A DNA stretch of 63,916 nt from a candidate division WWE3 bacterium RIFCSPHIGHO2_02_FULL_38_14. Its GTDB lineage: Bacteria > Patescibacteriota > WWE3 > UBA101185 > UBA10185. Positions 18,618 to 28,447 of the stretch are shown in pieces. Positions within the stretch are counted from its first letter, which is position 1. The number at the start of each line of letters is the position of its first letter. Where the stretch lies: NCBI GenBank assembly GCA_001772865.1, contig MEVD01000015.1:88252-152167 (forward strand), in the 5' to 3' direction. The translations under genes were made by a program, and so were the position numbers. Below the pieces are notes generated by a model. That model worked only from the letters and a program-made list of their open reading frames with translations, had not been told where the DNA came from and ran no database searches.

Positions 18618-19726
18618 CTAATATAGTGATCTAATATCGTGCGCATTCTATCCGGAGTGGATAATAATAATTTCTTCCATTTCAATAGACTTTCTTCATA
18701 TTTAGATAAATTATTTATCTCTGAATACAAATAATTAACTTTTTCAGTAATATTACCTTTTACCAACATTGCGACACCGTGTTTTTCCAGCAAATCTATA
18801 TAGGCACCTTCCTGACCTTGTATGTAGTTAAATATTAATATTGGAACTCCCATAATTCCCGATTCTATTCCCATCTGTGCAATAGAAAACACTACCGCCA
18901 AATCGGACGCGCCCATCCATTTAGCTACAGATTCCTCATCCTGCCATGATAAAAATTTGAATGACTTGTTGTCACCATAGAAGTTGACAGCATCATTATA
19001 AAAACTGACATTTTTGCCGCAAAGAAAAACGAAAAGCACATTAGAATTTTTAAATTTATTAGATAATGCTTCCAAATAATCCCCGGCTCTATTTATCCAT
19101 AAACCTCCCGCCGTAACCAAGCAAATTTTATCATAATTTTCTACATTTAACTCTTTTTTAAAAAGTTGTTTATCTCTAAAAGTTTCTATTTTCTCGGAAT
19201 ATTTATAAAAAGCCGGACGCAGCAAAGGACCAATATACAAAACCTTTGACTTGTCTACTTTATATTTATCTATGAAATTATCCGATTCTCTCCAAATTGA
19301 AATATAATAATCCGGTTGAGGGTTTGCAAAATAAGTGGAATGCAAAAATGGATCCAGAAGAACCACAAAATTTTTTCTTCCTTTGCATGGGTGGATTAAC
19401 GGATGTGTGGAAATTACGGCATCAAACTCTCCATATTTCGGGAGTAAATCCTCCAGTTTTTTCTCCAACCGTCCGGAAACTCTTTTTACAAGCAAATTAG
19501 AAATGTCCATCATATTTGAAAGCATGAAAAATGATTTGTATGCAAATGGCTTTTTCAGTAGCAGCTTATAAATTTCCTGATTGCCGGTTAAGCCAACGTT
19601 AAATATTTCAGTCTGATAACCCCACAATGTCAGCCAATAATCATACGCATAAGCATAGGATAAATGTCCGTAGCCACCCATAGCTGTTAAAATCGCTATT
19701 TTTTTACGTTTATCAGTAAAAGACAT
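18614..19726 (-). CDS. GT28/MGDG-synthase (UgtP)-like glycosyltransferase
   Basis: AMGGYGH, ISTHP, VTAGG, CGKN, GQEG motifs. Start moved to ATG 19726 because the track's TTG lies inside the upstream terminator. Confidence 0.7.
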   Translation of the reverse strand: MSFTDKRKKIAILTAMGGYGHLSYAYAYDYWLTLWGYQTEIFNVGLTGNQEIYKLLLKKPFAYKSFFMLSNMMDISNLLVKRVSGRLEKKLEDLLPKYGEFDAVISTHPLIHPCKGRKNFVVLLDPFLHSTYFANPQPDYYISIWRESDNFIDKYKVDKSKVLYIGPLLRPAFYKYSEKIETFRDKQLFKKELNVENYDKICLVTAGGLWINRAGDYLEALSNKFKNSNVLFVFLCGKNVSFYNDAVNFYGDNKSFKFLSWQDEESVAKWMGASDLAVVFSIAQMGIESGIMGVPILIFNYIQGQEGAYIDLLEKHGVAMLVKGNITEKVNYLYSEINNLSKYEESLLKWKKLLLSTPDRMRTILDHYIS

Positions 19727-19737
19727 AAATGATTTAT

Positions 19738-19771
19738 AAAAAAGGTACCACAATTAAATATTTGTGGTACC
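19738..19771 (-). terminator. Intrinsic terminator of the FNR-hydrolase-CHRD-like operon
   Basis: Minus strand GGTACCACAA-N8-TTGTGGTACC-TTTTTT: perfect 10-bp stem plus U6, 25 bp after the stop at 19797. Confidence 0.8.
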
Positions 19772-19796
19772 GCATACTTTTACTATATTCTAAGAT

Positions 19797-20285
19797 TTAC
19801 TTCAAGTTCCCGCAGGCAGTATAAGTTTTAATTTCATCTGCCGATTTATGTACATTTATAGCTAAGGGCATTTGAGACTGCAATTTTTCCATTGTTGTGT
19901 CTAACAGAGTAGTTGACTTGCCATCTTCTACGCTTGTTAAAGGATAAACAACAGCACCTACTCCCGGACAATCCCCTGAATGAATATGAGCCGGCTGAGG
20001 ACCGCGTGGACCTGATTTATTTAACGTTACAACAACCTCCAGTTTTCCTTCTTTTTCTTCAAGAGTCGCGGTGCCGCTTTGGTCAATTTCTTTATTAACA
20101 ACTTCCAATGTAATTAATGTCCTTCCGTTCAAAGTTGTTTTTTCAGCTCCCGAATCCTGTGTAATAGGGAGTCCGTTAGTTGCGGGAACATTATTTTCCG
20201 ATGTATTACTGGTAGTAGCTACTGCTATTAATAGAATCATAACTAATACAATTCCGATCCCGAGTATAAATTTTTTATCATCCAC
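19797..20285 (-). CDS. Membrane-anchored CHRD/Cu-Zn-SOD-like domain protein
   Basis: QPAHIHSGDC...YPL...AINVHKS...ACG; N-terminal TM; GTG start with SD AAGGAGGTG. Confidence 0.6.
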   Translation of the reverse strand: MDDKKFILGIGIVLVMILLIAVATTSNTSENNVPATNGLPITQDSGAEKTTLNGRTLITLEVVNKEIDQSGTATLEEKEGKLEVVVTLNKSGPRGPQPAHIHSGDCPGVGAVVYPLTSVEDGKSTTLLDTTMEKLQSQMPLAINVHKSADEIKTYTACGNLK

Positions 20286-21008
20286 TCAAATCACCTCCTT
20301 AGCACTATTATTAAGTATAAATTCATTTTTAATGATATTGCAAACTTCTTTAATACAATTTTGAAACGGCAGATGTCCTAAATTATTTACAACATATATT
20401 TTAATTCCTTTAGGTATATATTTTATATTTTTATCGGAAATAATAAAATCGTGTTTGTGAAAAACAAATACAGCTTTTTTTGTTGTTTCAACCACTTTAA
20501 AACTATAATTACAAAGAATATCTAATATCGTAATTAATTCATGTTTATTGCTGTTTTTAATATTTAATCCGACTTTTAATAACAATTTTTGTATGGTTTG
20601 ACGGGATTTTATAAAATCAAAAACGTTTGCAGAAATAAAGTATTTAAAGACAAAATGCATGGTTTTGGAAACCAGCGTAAGTTGTCCATTAACAGGAGAA
20701 GCCCAAGCAAGACAACCTAAATAATTTGAATCTCCAAAAATATTATTATGATATTCCAAAGCTATTTCCCCTCCGAATGAATAACCGCAGACTATATATT
20801 TACTAACGATATTTTGTTTTATAAACGAACTCAGATTGTTCACAAAACCTGAAATATCTTTGATATCACCCAAAGGCACTCCGGCATGTCCGGGCAAATC
20901 CAAAGCTTTTATTTCCGCTAAGTCTTCAATTGGTTTTGTTAATAAAATGCTGAAATTTTTATCACTTAAAAATCCGTGAATGAAAACTACTGTTATTTTA
21001 TTTTCCAT
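20286..21008 (-). CDS. Alpha/beta fold hydrolase
   Basis: HGFL, DLPGH, GYSFGG, HDF, GHLP. Confidence 0.8.
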   Translation of the reverse strand: MENKITVVFIHGFLSDKNFSILLTKPIEDLAEIKALDLPGHAGVPLGDIKDISGFVNNLSSFIKQNIVSKYIVCGYSFGGEIALEYHNNIFGDSNYLGCLAWASPVNGQLTLVSKTMHFVFKYFISANVFDFIKSRQTIQKLLLKVGLNIKNSNKHELITILDILCNYSFKVVETTKKAVFVFHKHDFIISDKNIKYIPKGIKIYVVNNLGHLPFQNCIKEVCNIIKNEFILNNSAKEVI

Positions 21009-21013
21009 TTATA

Positions 21014-21736
21014 TCATTTACCGAACAAAACAAACTTTTCATGAAATATTCTAGTTTTATTAATTCCCATCAACTTTAATCTTTCTATCACTTCCGTAAC
21101 CATTTCGGGATTGCCACAAATAAAACACTGGGTATTTTCAATATCTATAATTTTATAAAAGTCGGTTATTCTACCTTGAAAACCTGCCCATTTTTGAGAA
21201 GGCTGGGATATACATATATGATATTTAAAGTTCTTCAGTTTAGATTCACAGGATTTCAAAAAACTTTCTTCAAAGATATCATCTTCATTTCTAAATCCTA
21301 CATAAAGTTCAATTTCTGAGTTTGTTTTTAATTCAGTTAACTGTTGAAGCATTGGGAGAATCGGTGCTAGACCTGTTCCGGTTACCAAAAACAATAAATA
21401 TTTATATAGTTCGTCCGGTAAAACAAATCGGCCGGAAGGACCTATAAAACTTACGGGATCTCCTATATTTAAAGATTTAACATAATTTGAACCTAATCCT
21501 TCATGTGCAACTGTAAGAATTATAGATATTATCGGAAGTCTGTCTATGTACGAGGCTATAGAGTATGGTCTGTAAATAAATTGGTTGACTTTTAAATTTA
21601 TAAATTGTCCAGGAAAAAAGAAAAATTTTTCTGGTTTTTCCGAAACAATATCCAGTTTAATTGTCTTATTATTCAAATACTCTTTTTTAACTACTTTCCC
21701 ATAATACTGCGCCGGTCTCGGAAATACATAAGCCAT
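21014..21736 (-). CDS. FAD/NAD(P)-binding oxidoreductase (FNR-like)
   Basis: RPYSIAS, GLGSNY, GPSGRF, TGTGLAP, CGNPEMV. Confidence 0.9.
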   Translation of the reverse strand: MAYVFPRPAQYYGKVVKKEYLNNKTIKLDIVSEKPEKFFFFPGQFINLKVNQFIYRPYSIASYIDRLPIISIILTVAHEGLGSNYVKSLNIGDPVSFIGPSGRFVLPDELYKYLLFLVTGTGLAPILPMLQQLTELKTNSEIELYVGFRNEDDIFEESFLKSCESKLKNFKYHICISQPSQKWAGFQGRITDFYKIIDIENTQCFICGNPEMVTEVIERLKLMGINKTRIFHEKFVLFGK

Positions 21737-21780
21737 GTCAATGATTATAAACTATTTTTATGTACTATAATAACCTAAAT

Positions 21781-22413
21781 ATGGTTTTTGCAGACAGAAA
21801 AGATGCAGGGGAACAACTTGCAGAAAAGCTTTTAAGTGAAAATATAACTCTGGAAAACAGCATTCTACTTGCATTACCGAGAGGCGGTATACCTGTTGCA
21901 GTAGAAATTCATAAAATGCTTAAGATACCATATGACATTTTAATATCAAGAAAGCTCGGATCTCCAGGTAATCCGGAATTTGGATTTGGAGCGATATCAG
22001 AAAACAACACAATATATTTAAACAGGGAGTCTATATTTGAGTATGGAATCACCGAAAAATACATTAACGACATTGTTAATAAAGAAAAAAATGAAATGCA
22101 GAGAAGGATTGATTTATATCGAAAAGGTAAACAATTAACTGATTTAAACGGGAAAATAGCAATATTAGTAGATGACGGAATAGCCACCGGCGTTACAACT
22201 AAGGCGGCAATTCAAGCCGCTAATAGTTTGGGAGCAAAAGAAGTGTGGATCTGTACACCTGTATGTCCAAAAGATACATACCTGAAATTACAAAAAGATT
22301 GTACTAAAATAATCAGCCTGTTAATTCCGGAATATTTATTCGCAATTGGAGAATATTATAAAAAATTCGATCAGCTTAGTGACGACGTTATAATTAATAT
22401 TCTTAATACTTGA
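21781..22413 (+). CDS. Type I phosphoribosyltransferase family protein
   Basis: FADRKDAG, LPRGG, PRPP loop LVDDGIATG. Likely start MVFADR at 21781. Confidence 0.85.
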   Translation: MVFADRKDAGEQLAEKLLSENITLENSILLALPRGGIPVAVEIHKMLKIPYDILISRKLGSPGNPEFGFGAISENNTIYLNRESIFEYGITEKYINDIVNKEKNEMQRRIDLYRKGKQLTDLNGKIAILVDDGIATGVTTKAAIQAANSLGAKEVWICTPVCPKDTYLKLQKDCTKIISLLIPEYLFAIGEYYKKFDQLSDDVIINILNT

Positions 22414-22462
22414 CAATTTCATAATATTATATAATCTTTTTTATATCCCCCTATGGGGGATA
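22410..22462 (+). promoter_or_regulatory. Promoter and CsoR-type C/G-tract operator
   Basis: TTGACA (22410)-N16-TAATCT; perfect inverted repeat TATCCCCC-TAT-GGGGGATA at 22444-22462, 10 bp before csoR. Confidence 0.75.
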
Positions 22463-22472
22463 AGTAAAACTC

Positions 22473-22730
22473 ATGAATTCCAAAAAGGCAAAAACCATAC
22501 ACAGAATAAAAATAATAAAAGGACATATTAATGCAATTGAAAAGATGGTGGATAAAGGCACTTATTGTGTTGATATAATTCATCAATCATTAGCTGTTCA
22601 GAAAGCATTAAAAAAACTTGATTCATTAATAATGGAAGGTCACTTAAAAGATTGTGTAATTAACCAAGCTAAAAACGGTAACGAAAAAAAGATGGTAGAA
22701 GAATTATTGAGTATATATAAATATAAATAA
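22473..22730 (+). CDS. csoR: CsoR-family copper-sensing repressor
   Basis: HRIKIIKGHI, YCVDII, HLKDC: the C-H-C ligand fingerprint; heads the copper operon. Confidence 0.85.
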   Translation: MNSKKAKTIHRIKIIKGHINAIEKMVDKGTYCVDIIHQSLAVQKALKKLDSLIMEGHLKDCVINQAKNGNEKKMVEELLSIYKYK

Positions 22731-22731
22731 A

Positions 22732-24114
22732 ATGAACAAACAAAAAAAACATATAACTTATTATGTACACGGTATGCACTGCGCTTCCTGCGAATCTTTA
22801 ATTGAAAAAACTATAAAAGGAAAAGAAGGCGTAGTAGAGGTTAATGCTTCTTTAAAACATAAAAGAGTCGAAATACATTTTAATGATACTGCCAGAGCAG
22901 TTAACATAAATGATATTAATAATGATCTAAAAGAATTGGGTTATACATTTTCTAAAGACAAGCCGGATGTAAATACTTTTAGCAATATACAAAAGTCTAG
23001 GTCGCTTATAATCGCTGCGGTAGTAATATTAATATTTATAATAATTGAAAGGAATGGCGCTCTACGGTCATTTTCAGTAAGTCGCGAATCGGACCTTTTC
23101 TCATTTTTTATTTTCGGTCTGGCAGCCGGTATTTCAAGCTGCGCCGCACTTGTAGGGGGACTCTTGCTTTCCTTATCTAAGCAATGGACTGACGCTTACG
23201 GAGGAAATAAAACTAAAATACACATCCCATTTATAACGTTTAATTTAGGCAGATTATTGTCATTTGCCTTGCTTGGAGGGCTTTTGGGAATATTGGGCAG
23301 CGTTTTAAAGTTTTCTATTGAATCAACAGCGGTTTTAACTATTTTTATAAGTCTTATTATGCTTATTCTAGGCCTACAAATGGCCGGTGTACACTTAGCT
23401 AATAAAATTACAATTCGACCGCCAAAATCTTTAGTTAACAATATAGTAAATGGATCAAGTATTAAAGGAAAATATGTGCCTTTTTTAATCGGAGGTGCAA
23501 CATTTTTTATTCCATGCGGATTTACATTAATTGCACAAACAAGTGCTTTAAATACAGGCGATATTTACAAAAGCGCGGCAATGATGACAGCATTTTCGCT
23601 GGGTACTTTGCCTGCATTGGCAGTTTTAAGCTTTACCAGTATTAAACTTCATACAAACACTAATTTAAGTGTAAAGTTTAACTATATCGTTGGAATACTG
23701 GTTGTATTTTTTGCCATATATACGTTTAATTCACAACTAAATGTTCTTGGGGCTCCAAGTTTGAACGATTTAAAAAAAGTTTTTGATTCAAAACAGAACT
23801 ATTTAAGCTATATTGATAATAGTCAAAATGACCTTAACAACAAAGAGTTTCAGGTAATGCAGATGGAGGCTTCCGAATTTGAATATTACCCGAAAGAAAT
23901 AATACTAAAAGTTGGAATACCGGTGAAATGGGAATTTTATAATCGTGGTGCAGTAGGATGTGCAAACGCAGTTTCAGCTCGAGGACTGTATTCCGGAATC
24001 ATAAGCTTAAAAAGAGGTATGAATGTTTTTGAATTTACTCCAAAAAACACGGGAACTTATAAAATTACTTGTTCTATGGGCATGGTCGAACCGGTAACTG
24101 TAAGAGTAATTTAA
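22732..24114 (+). CDS. HMA + DsbD_2/TauE-like membrane domain + cupredoxin fusion protein
   Basis: GMHCASC HMA; SSCAALVGG, FNLGRL, PCGFT membrane domain; C-terminal GC...TCSMGM cupredoxin-like domain. Confidence 0.85.
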   Translation: MNKQKKHITYYVHGMHCASCESLIEKTIKGKEGVVEVNASLKHKRVEIHFNDTARAVNINDINNDLKELGYTFSKDKPDVNTFSNIQKSRSLIIAAVVILIFIIIERNGALRSFSVSRESDLFSFFIFGLAAGISSCAALVGGLLLSLSKQWTDAYGGNKTKIHIPFITFNLGRLLSFALLGGLLGILGSVLKFSIESTAVLTIFISLIMLILGLQMAGVHLANKITIRPPKSLVNNIVNGSSIKGKYVPFLIGGATFFIPCGFTLIAQTSALNTGDIYKSAAMMTAFSLGTLPALAVLSFTSIKLHTNTNLSVKFNYIVGILVVFFAIYTFNSQLNVLGAPSLNDLKKVFDSKQNYLSYIDNSQNDLNNKEFQVMQMEASEFEYYPKEIILKVGIPVKWEFYNRGAVGCANAVSARGLYSGIISLKRGMNVFEFTPKNTGTYKITCSMGMVEPVTVRVI

Positions 24115-24116
24115 TT

Positions 24117-26423
24117 ATGTCTATACAAAAAAACACTTTTCCTATAATTGGAATGCACTGCGCTTCATGCAAAGCTCTTATTGAAAGGTCTTTGAATGGC
24201 CAGGAAGGAGTAATTAAGGCTCAAGTCAATTTCGGCGCTGAGAAATTAGTTATTGAATATAATACTGAAAATATTAACCTGCAAAAAATAAAAGAGATAG
24301 TGTCAAATGCCGGGCCGTATAAATTAATCACAGATAAAGAAGGAAATGAAGTTTTAGCTTCACCAGGTGCAGGTAAAATGTCTGAATCTAAATCCCATCT
24401 CAAACACAATCACGAAGAAATAAAAAATCAGGAATATCAAAACATGAAAAAAAGAGTAATTATTACCGGAATAGCTAGTATACCGTTTTTAATATTAATG
24501 GTCTGGCTGCTTTTAGAAGCTAAGACTATGATTAAAAGCCCATATGAGTTAATAGATACTGAATTATTAAACGTTATTCAGTTTTTAATTGCTACTCCAA
24601 TATTATTTATTGCAGGAAAACCTATTTTTTCCAGTGCCTTAGGAGCATTAAAAGTAAAGTCTGCCAATATGGATACTCTTATTGCCATAGGCACTTTCAC
24701 CGCCTGGATTTATTCTTCATTTATAACGTTTTTTCCATCAGCACTGGAAAATACAGATAATAATGAAACATACTTCGAAGCCGCGGTATTTATTATATTT
24801 TTTATATTACTGGGTAGATTACTTGAAGCCAGAGCCAGAAATCAGACTAATGAAGCAATAAAATCTTTGCTTCAATTACAAGCTAAAGAAGCTACTGTAA
24901 TCAGGGAAAACAAAGAGATTAAAATTCCGATAGAACAGGTAATTATTGGAGACACTGTTATTGTAAAACCCGGCCAGAAAATCCCGGTAGACGGGTTAAT
25001 TATTGAAGGAAATACTTCCATTGATGAATCTATGATCACCGGTGAACCAATACCTTCAGATAAAAAAAGCGGGGATTCTGTAATCGGCGGAACTATAAAC
25101 AAATCCGGAAATATTAAATTTACGGCAATAAAAGTGGGCTCGGAAACCCTTTTAGCCCAAATAATAAAAATGGTCGAGGAAGCCCAGGCAACAGAAGCTC
25201 CAATTCAAAAACTAGCCGACAAAGTTGCGGCGGTATTTGTTCCTATTGTAACAGCTATTGCAGTAATTTCCTTTATTTTTTGGATTTTTTATTCCGGTTC
25301 TTTTCAACTAGCTTTATATATAAGTATTACAGTTTTAATTATTGCCTGCCCCTGCGCATTAGGATTGGCAACACCCACAGCAGTTATGGTTGGAACTGGC
25401 AAAGCTGCAAAACGTGGAATACTAATAAAGGATGCAGTGGCGCTGGAAAATGCATACAAAATAACGGACATAGTGTTCGACAAAACCGGCACACTTACAA
25501 TAGGCAAACCTGAAGTAAATAAAATAATATTAGATGATTCCCAAAAAAGAGAGGATATCTACCCGATTATTTACTCACTTGAAAAAAAATCCCACCATCC
25601 TCTGGCTGAAGCTGTTGTTTCACATATTAAAACCGAATACCCCGAAATAAAAGAATTGAATTTATCCGGATTCGAAGATATTCCCGGATTTGGTATAAAA
25701 GGAGAACTAAATAATTCAACTATATTAATCGGGACTCAAAAACTAATAGAAAAATTCAATATTCCACAAAACAAATACTTGGAAAAAGAAGCAGAAAAAT
25801 TACGGGACGAATCAAACACAGTATCATTCCTGTCTTTAAATAACAAACTCACAGCCGTAATAGCCATTTCCGACACTATAAAAGATGATGCTTCGGAAAT
25901 AATTTTAAAAATTCATTCCCTCGGCATAAATACAATTATGTTAACAGGAGATAATAAAAAATCAGCAGAAAACATAGCCCGAAAATTAAATATTGATAAT
26001 GTAATTGCCGAAGTACTCCCCACGGACAAAGCTAATAAAATAAAGCTGCTTCAGTCTCCAAATAAAGTGGTGGCAATGGTAGGCGACGGAATAAACGATG
26101 CGCCGGCACTCGCACAGGCGGATATAAGCATAGCAATGGGCACCGGCACCGACATAGCAATTGAAACTGGAGATATAGTATTAGTAAAAGGCACTCTGGA
26201 TAAAGTATTAGAAACTTTAAAAGTATCAAAACAAACTTTAAGAATTATAAAGCAGAATCTGTTCTGGGCTTTCGGTTACAACATTATAGGAATTCCAATT
26301 GCAGCTGGTATATTATACCCCAGTACAGGTTTACTTTTATCTCCAATAATAGCTAGCCTTGCAATGGCTCTAAGTTCTGTATCTGTGGTTTCAAATAGCC
26401 TGAGGATAAAACACTTAAACTAA
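24117..26423 (+). CDS. copA: Copper-translocating P1B-1 ATPase
   Basis: GMHCASC, TGEP, CPC, DKTGT, HP, GDGINDAP, YN and MALSS motifs. Start moved to ATG 24117. Confidence 0.93.
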   Translation: MSIQKNTFPIIGMHCASCKALIERSLNGQEGVIKAQVNFGAEKLVIEYNTENINLQKIKEIVSNAGPYKLITDKEGNEVLASPGAGKMSESKSHLKHNHEEIKNQEYQNMKKRVIITGIASIPFLILMVWLLLEAKTMIKSPYELIDTELLNVIQFLIATPILFIAGKPIFSSALGALKVKSANMDTLIAIGTFTAWIYSSFITFFPSALENTDNNETYFEAAVFIIFFILLGRLLEARARNQTNEAIKSLLQLQAKEATVIRENKEIKIPIEQVIIGDTVIVKPGQKIPVDGLIIEGNTSIDESMITGEPIPSDKKSGDSVIGGTINKSGNIKFTAIKVGSETLLAQIIKMVEEAQATEAPIQKLADKVAAVFVPIVTAIAVISFIFWIFYSGSFQLALYISITVLIIACPCALGLATPTAVMVGTGKAAKRGILIKDAVALENAYKITDIVFDKTGTLTIGKPEVNKIILDDSQKREDIYPIIYSLEKKSHHPLAEAVVSHIKTEYPEIKELNLSGFEDIPGFGIKGELNNSTILIGTQKLIEKFNIPQNKYLEKEAEKLRDESNTVSFLSLNNKLTAVIAISDTIKDDASEIILKIHSLGINTIMLTGDNKKSAENIARKLNIDNVIAEVLPTDKANKIKLLQSPNKVVAMVGDGINDAPALAQADISIAMGTGTDIAIETGDIVLVKGTLDKVLETLKVSKQTLRIIKQNLFWAFGYNIIGIPIAAGILYPSTGLLLSPIIASLAMALSSVSVVSNSLRIKHLN

Positions 26424-26812
26424 CCCTGAGGAACCTGATCTTTGGGTGGTGCCAAATATTGTTTAACTTCTTCAACGATTCTGTCATTGGACATTCCGGA
26501 CTTAAAAATGTAGCCTGTAGCACCAAGCCTAAATGCTTCCGTCACAACTGCGTCATTTCCCAAATTAGTTAAAACAACCACAGGAATGTTTTTAGTAAAC
26601 TCATCTTTTTTAAGAATGTCCAGCACTTTCAGCCCATCCATCTTAGGCATCATAATGTCTAATAGAATTAAATCGGGGTTTGTATTCTTAACTTTGGCAA
26701 GTCCGTCTTCGCCGTCGCCCGCAATTTCAACAGTAAATCCGGCATAATTAAAAATCTTTTCATACATTCTGGCTACAACAGCTTCATCTTCAATTATCAA
26801 TAACCTGTTCAT
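26420..26812 (-). CDS. Stand-alone response regulator receiver domain
   Basis: IIEDE, LLDIMMP, LTNL, YIFKS; no output domain. Confidence 0.9.
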   Translation of the reverse strand: MNRLLIIEDEAVVARMYEKIFNYAGFTVEIAGDGEDGLAKVKNTNPDLILLDIMMPKMDGLKVLDILKKDEFTKNIPVVVLTNLGNDAVVTEAFRLGATGYIFKSGMSNDRIVEEVKQYLAPPKDQVPQG

Positions 26813-26854
26813 ATAATGATTATATAATATTCTTCATATAATGCGAACAATTAG

Positions 26855-28447
26855 TTATGCTCCATTCGCTAACGGCAAGATGAAATAAAAGACTGAGCCT
26901 TTTCCTTCCACCGAAGATTCAAGTCCTATTTGACCACCCATACCTTCGATTAATAATTTAGAAATATAAAGACCTAATCCCGTACCTCTCTTTGTATCCC
27001 TTATCAGAAGACTTTCATTTGCCTGCTGGAATTTCCTAAATAAAAGACTTTGGTTTTTCTCGGATATTCCCTTTCCGGTATCAATTACTTCAACTTTCAG
27101 CATACCCGGAATTTTCAAGGTTTCTATTTTTATTCCGCCGGAATTAGTAAAAGAAATTGCATTACTTACAAGATTAACCAGAACTTCATGCACTCTGTTT
27201 GCATCAGCTACAACAGTTAAGCCATCCATTTTTTGTGATTTTAGCGAAGTGTATTTTAAATACAAATTCTTCGCATGAGCAGTTATTTCCAATTCATCAA
27301 TAACATTATTAACCACGGTAATAATGTTTACTTTATCTTTTTTAAATTCTATTTTACCCTGCTCCAAACTGGAGGTTGTAAGAAACTCATTTACCATTTC
27401 AATGAGCCTTACACTTGAATCATGTATATCATTCACGATCTCCTCAAAATTTACATCCGAAACCATTGAAACGTATTTATCCTTTAATAGCTGCGAATTT
27501 CCCTTAATTACTGTTAACGGTGTTCTCAACTCGTGTGAAGCAATTGTAAAAAACTCATCCTTAGATCTTTCAAGAACTTTAGCCTCAGTAACATCATCTA
27601 TCAAAACTACTATACCTATAGTGTTCTGAACTGAATTAGAAAGTATAGGGGACATATAAACTTCAAGATATTTTGTTTTAAATATTATATTACTTACTTT
27701 TGACGGTGCACCACTTTCATGAACTCTTTTAAACTCCTTTAACAAATCAACACTTTCACCTAAATATCTTTGTACTCCTTCCAATGTCCATAATCTACTG
27801 TCGGCGTTTAAAATTGAAATTACAGTTTTATTAGTGAAAAGTATCTTACCTTCATTATCTGCAATGATAAGTCCTTTTGGCACACTATTTATAGAAGCCA
27901 GTAAACGCGCCTGTTCTTCTTTTAATTCATGAGTTCTTTCTCCGACTATCTTTTCAACATTAAATTTTTCTTTTTGGAGTTCTTCCTCTAATGCTTTCGC
28001 ATCGTCCAGAAGATTGAACATCGCTCTCCTTGAGTCTTCCAGGTATTTATTTTTATCTTCCAGCTGGGTGGCTCTATCTTTTAAAGTTCTTTCGCTTTGC
28101 TCAAGAAGTCTTTGAATTGTATTTCTTACTGTAACATCAATCCCTACACTAAATAGACCTACAGAATTTCCCTCTTCGTTTTTTAAACTTGTTGAGCTCC
28201 AAAACACTTCAACGACCGCCCCGGATTTAGTCTGCAGTTTCGGCTCCAGGCTAGAATACAAATCGGACCCCAGAATTTCTTCTTTTCTATAACCGCTTAA
28301 AAGTAAAAAATAAGGATTTATATATACTATCTTTCCCTCAAGATTATGCGCTATTGCCAATAGATCCACATCCTCTAAAATATCTGTAAGTGCCTTTTCC
28401 AATACTTTAGAATCAATGCCTAAATTTTCATCTAAATTACTGATCAT
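26855..28447 (-). CDS. Cytoplasmic PAS-domain histidine kinase
   Basis: Two PAS-like segments, coiled coil, SHELRTPL, NLVSNAI, DTGKGI, GTGLGL; no TM. Confidence 0.9.
   Translation of the reverse strand: MISNLDENLGIDSKVLEKALTDILEDVDLLAIAHNLEGKIVYINPYFLLLSGYRKEEILGSDLYSSLEPKLQTKSGAVVEVFWSSTSLKNEEGNSVGLFSVGIDVTVRNTIQRLLEQSERTLKDRATQLEDKNKYLEDSRRAMFNLLDDAKALEEELQKEKFNVEKIVGERTHELKEEQARLLASINSVPKGLIIADNEGKILFTNKTVISILNADSRLWTLEGVQRYLGESVDLLKEFKRVHESGAPSKVSNIIFKTKYLEVYMSPILSNSVQNTIGIVVLIDDVTEAKVLERSKDEFFTIASHELRTPLTVIKGNSQLLKDKYVSMVSDVNFEEIVNDIHDSSVRLIEMVNEFLTTSSLEQGKIEFKKDKVNIITVVNNVIDELEITAHAKNLYLKYTSLKSQKMDGLTVVADANRVHEVLVNLVSNAISFTNSGGIKIETLKIPGMLKVEVIDTGKGISEKNQSLLFRKFQQANESLLIRDTKRGTGLGLYISKLLIEGMGGQIGLESSVEGKGSVFYFILPLANGA

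Noticed and set aside
19744-19771. Perfect inverted repeat as an operator over the GT28 start
   Set aside because: It is followed by U6 on the minus strand right after an operon end, so an intrinsic terminator explains it better; the GT28 start was reassigned to 19726.
28437-28447. Frameshift splitting one sensor kinase into two ORFs
   Set aside because: The upstream ORF ends in a natural-looking terminal coiled-coil motif and the 11-nt overlap fits translational coupling. Not fully excluded without homolog comparison.
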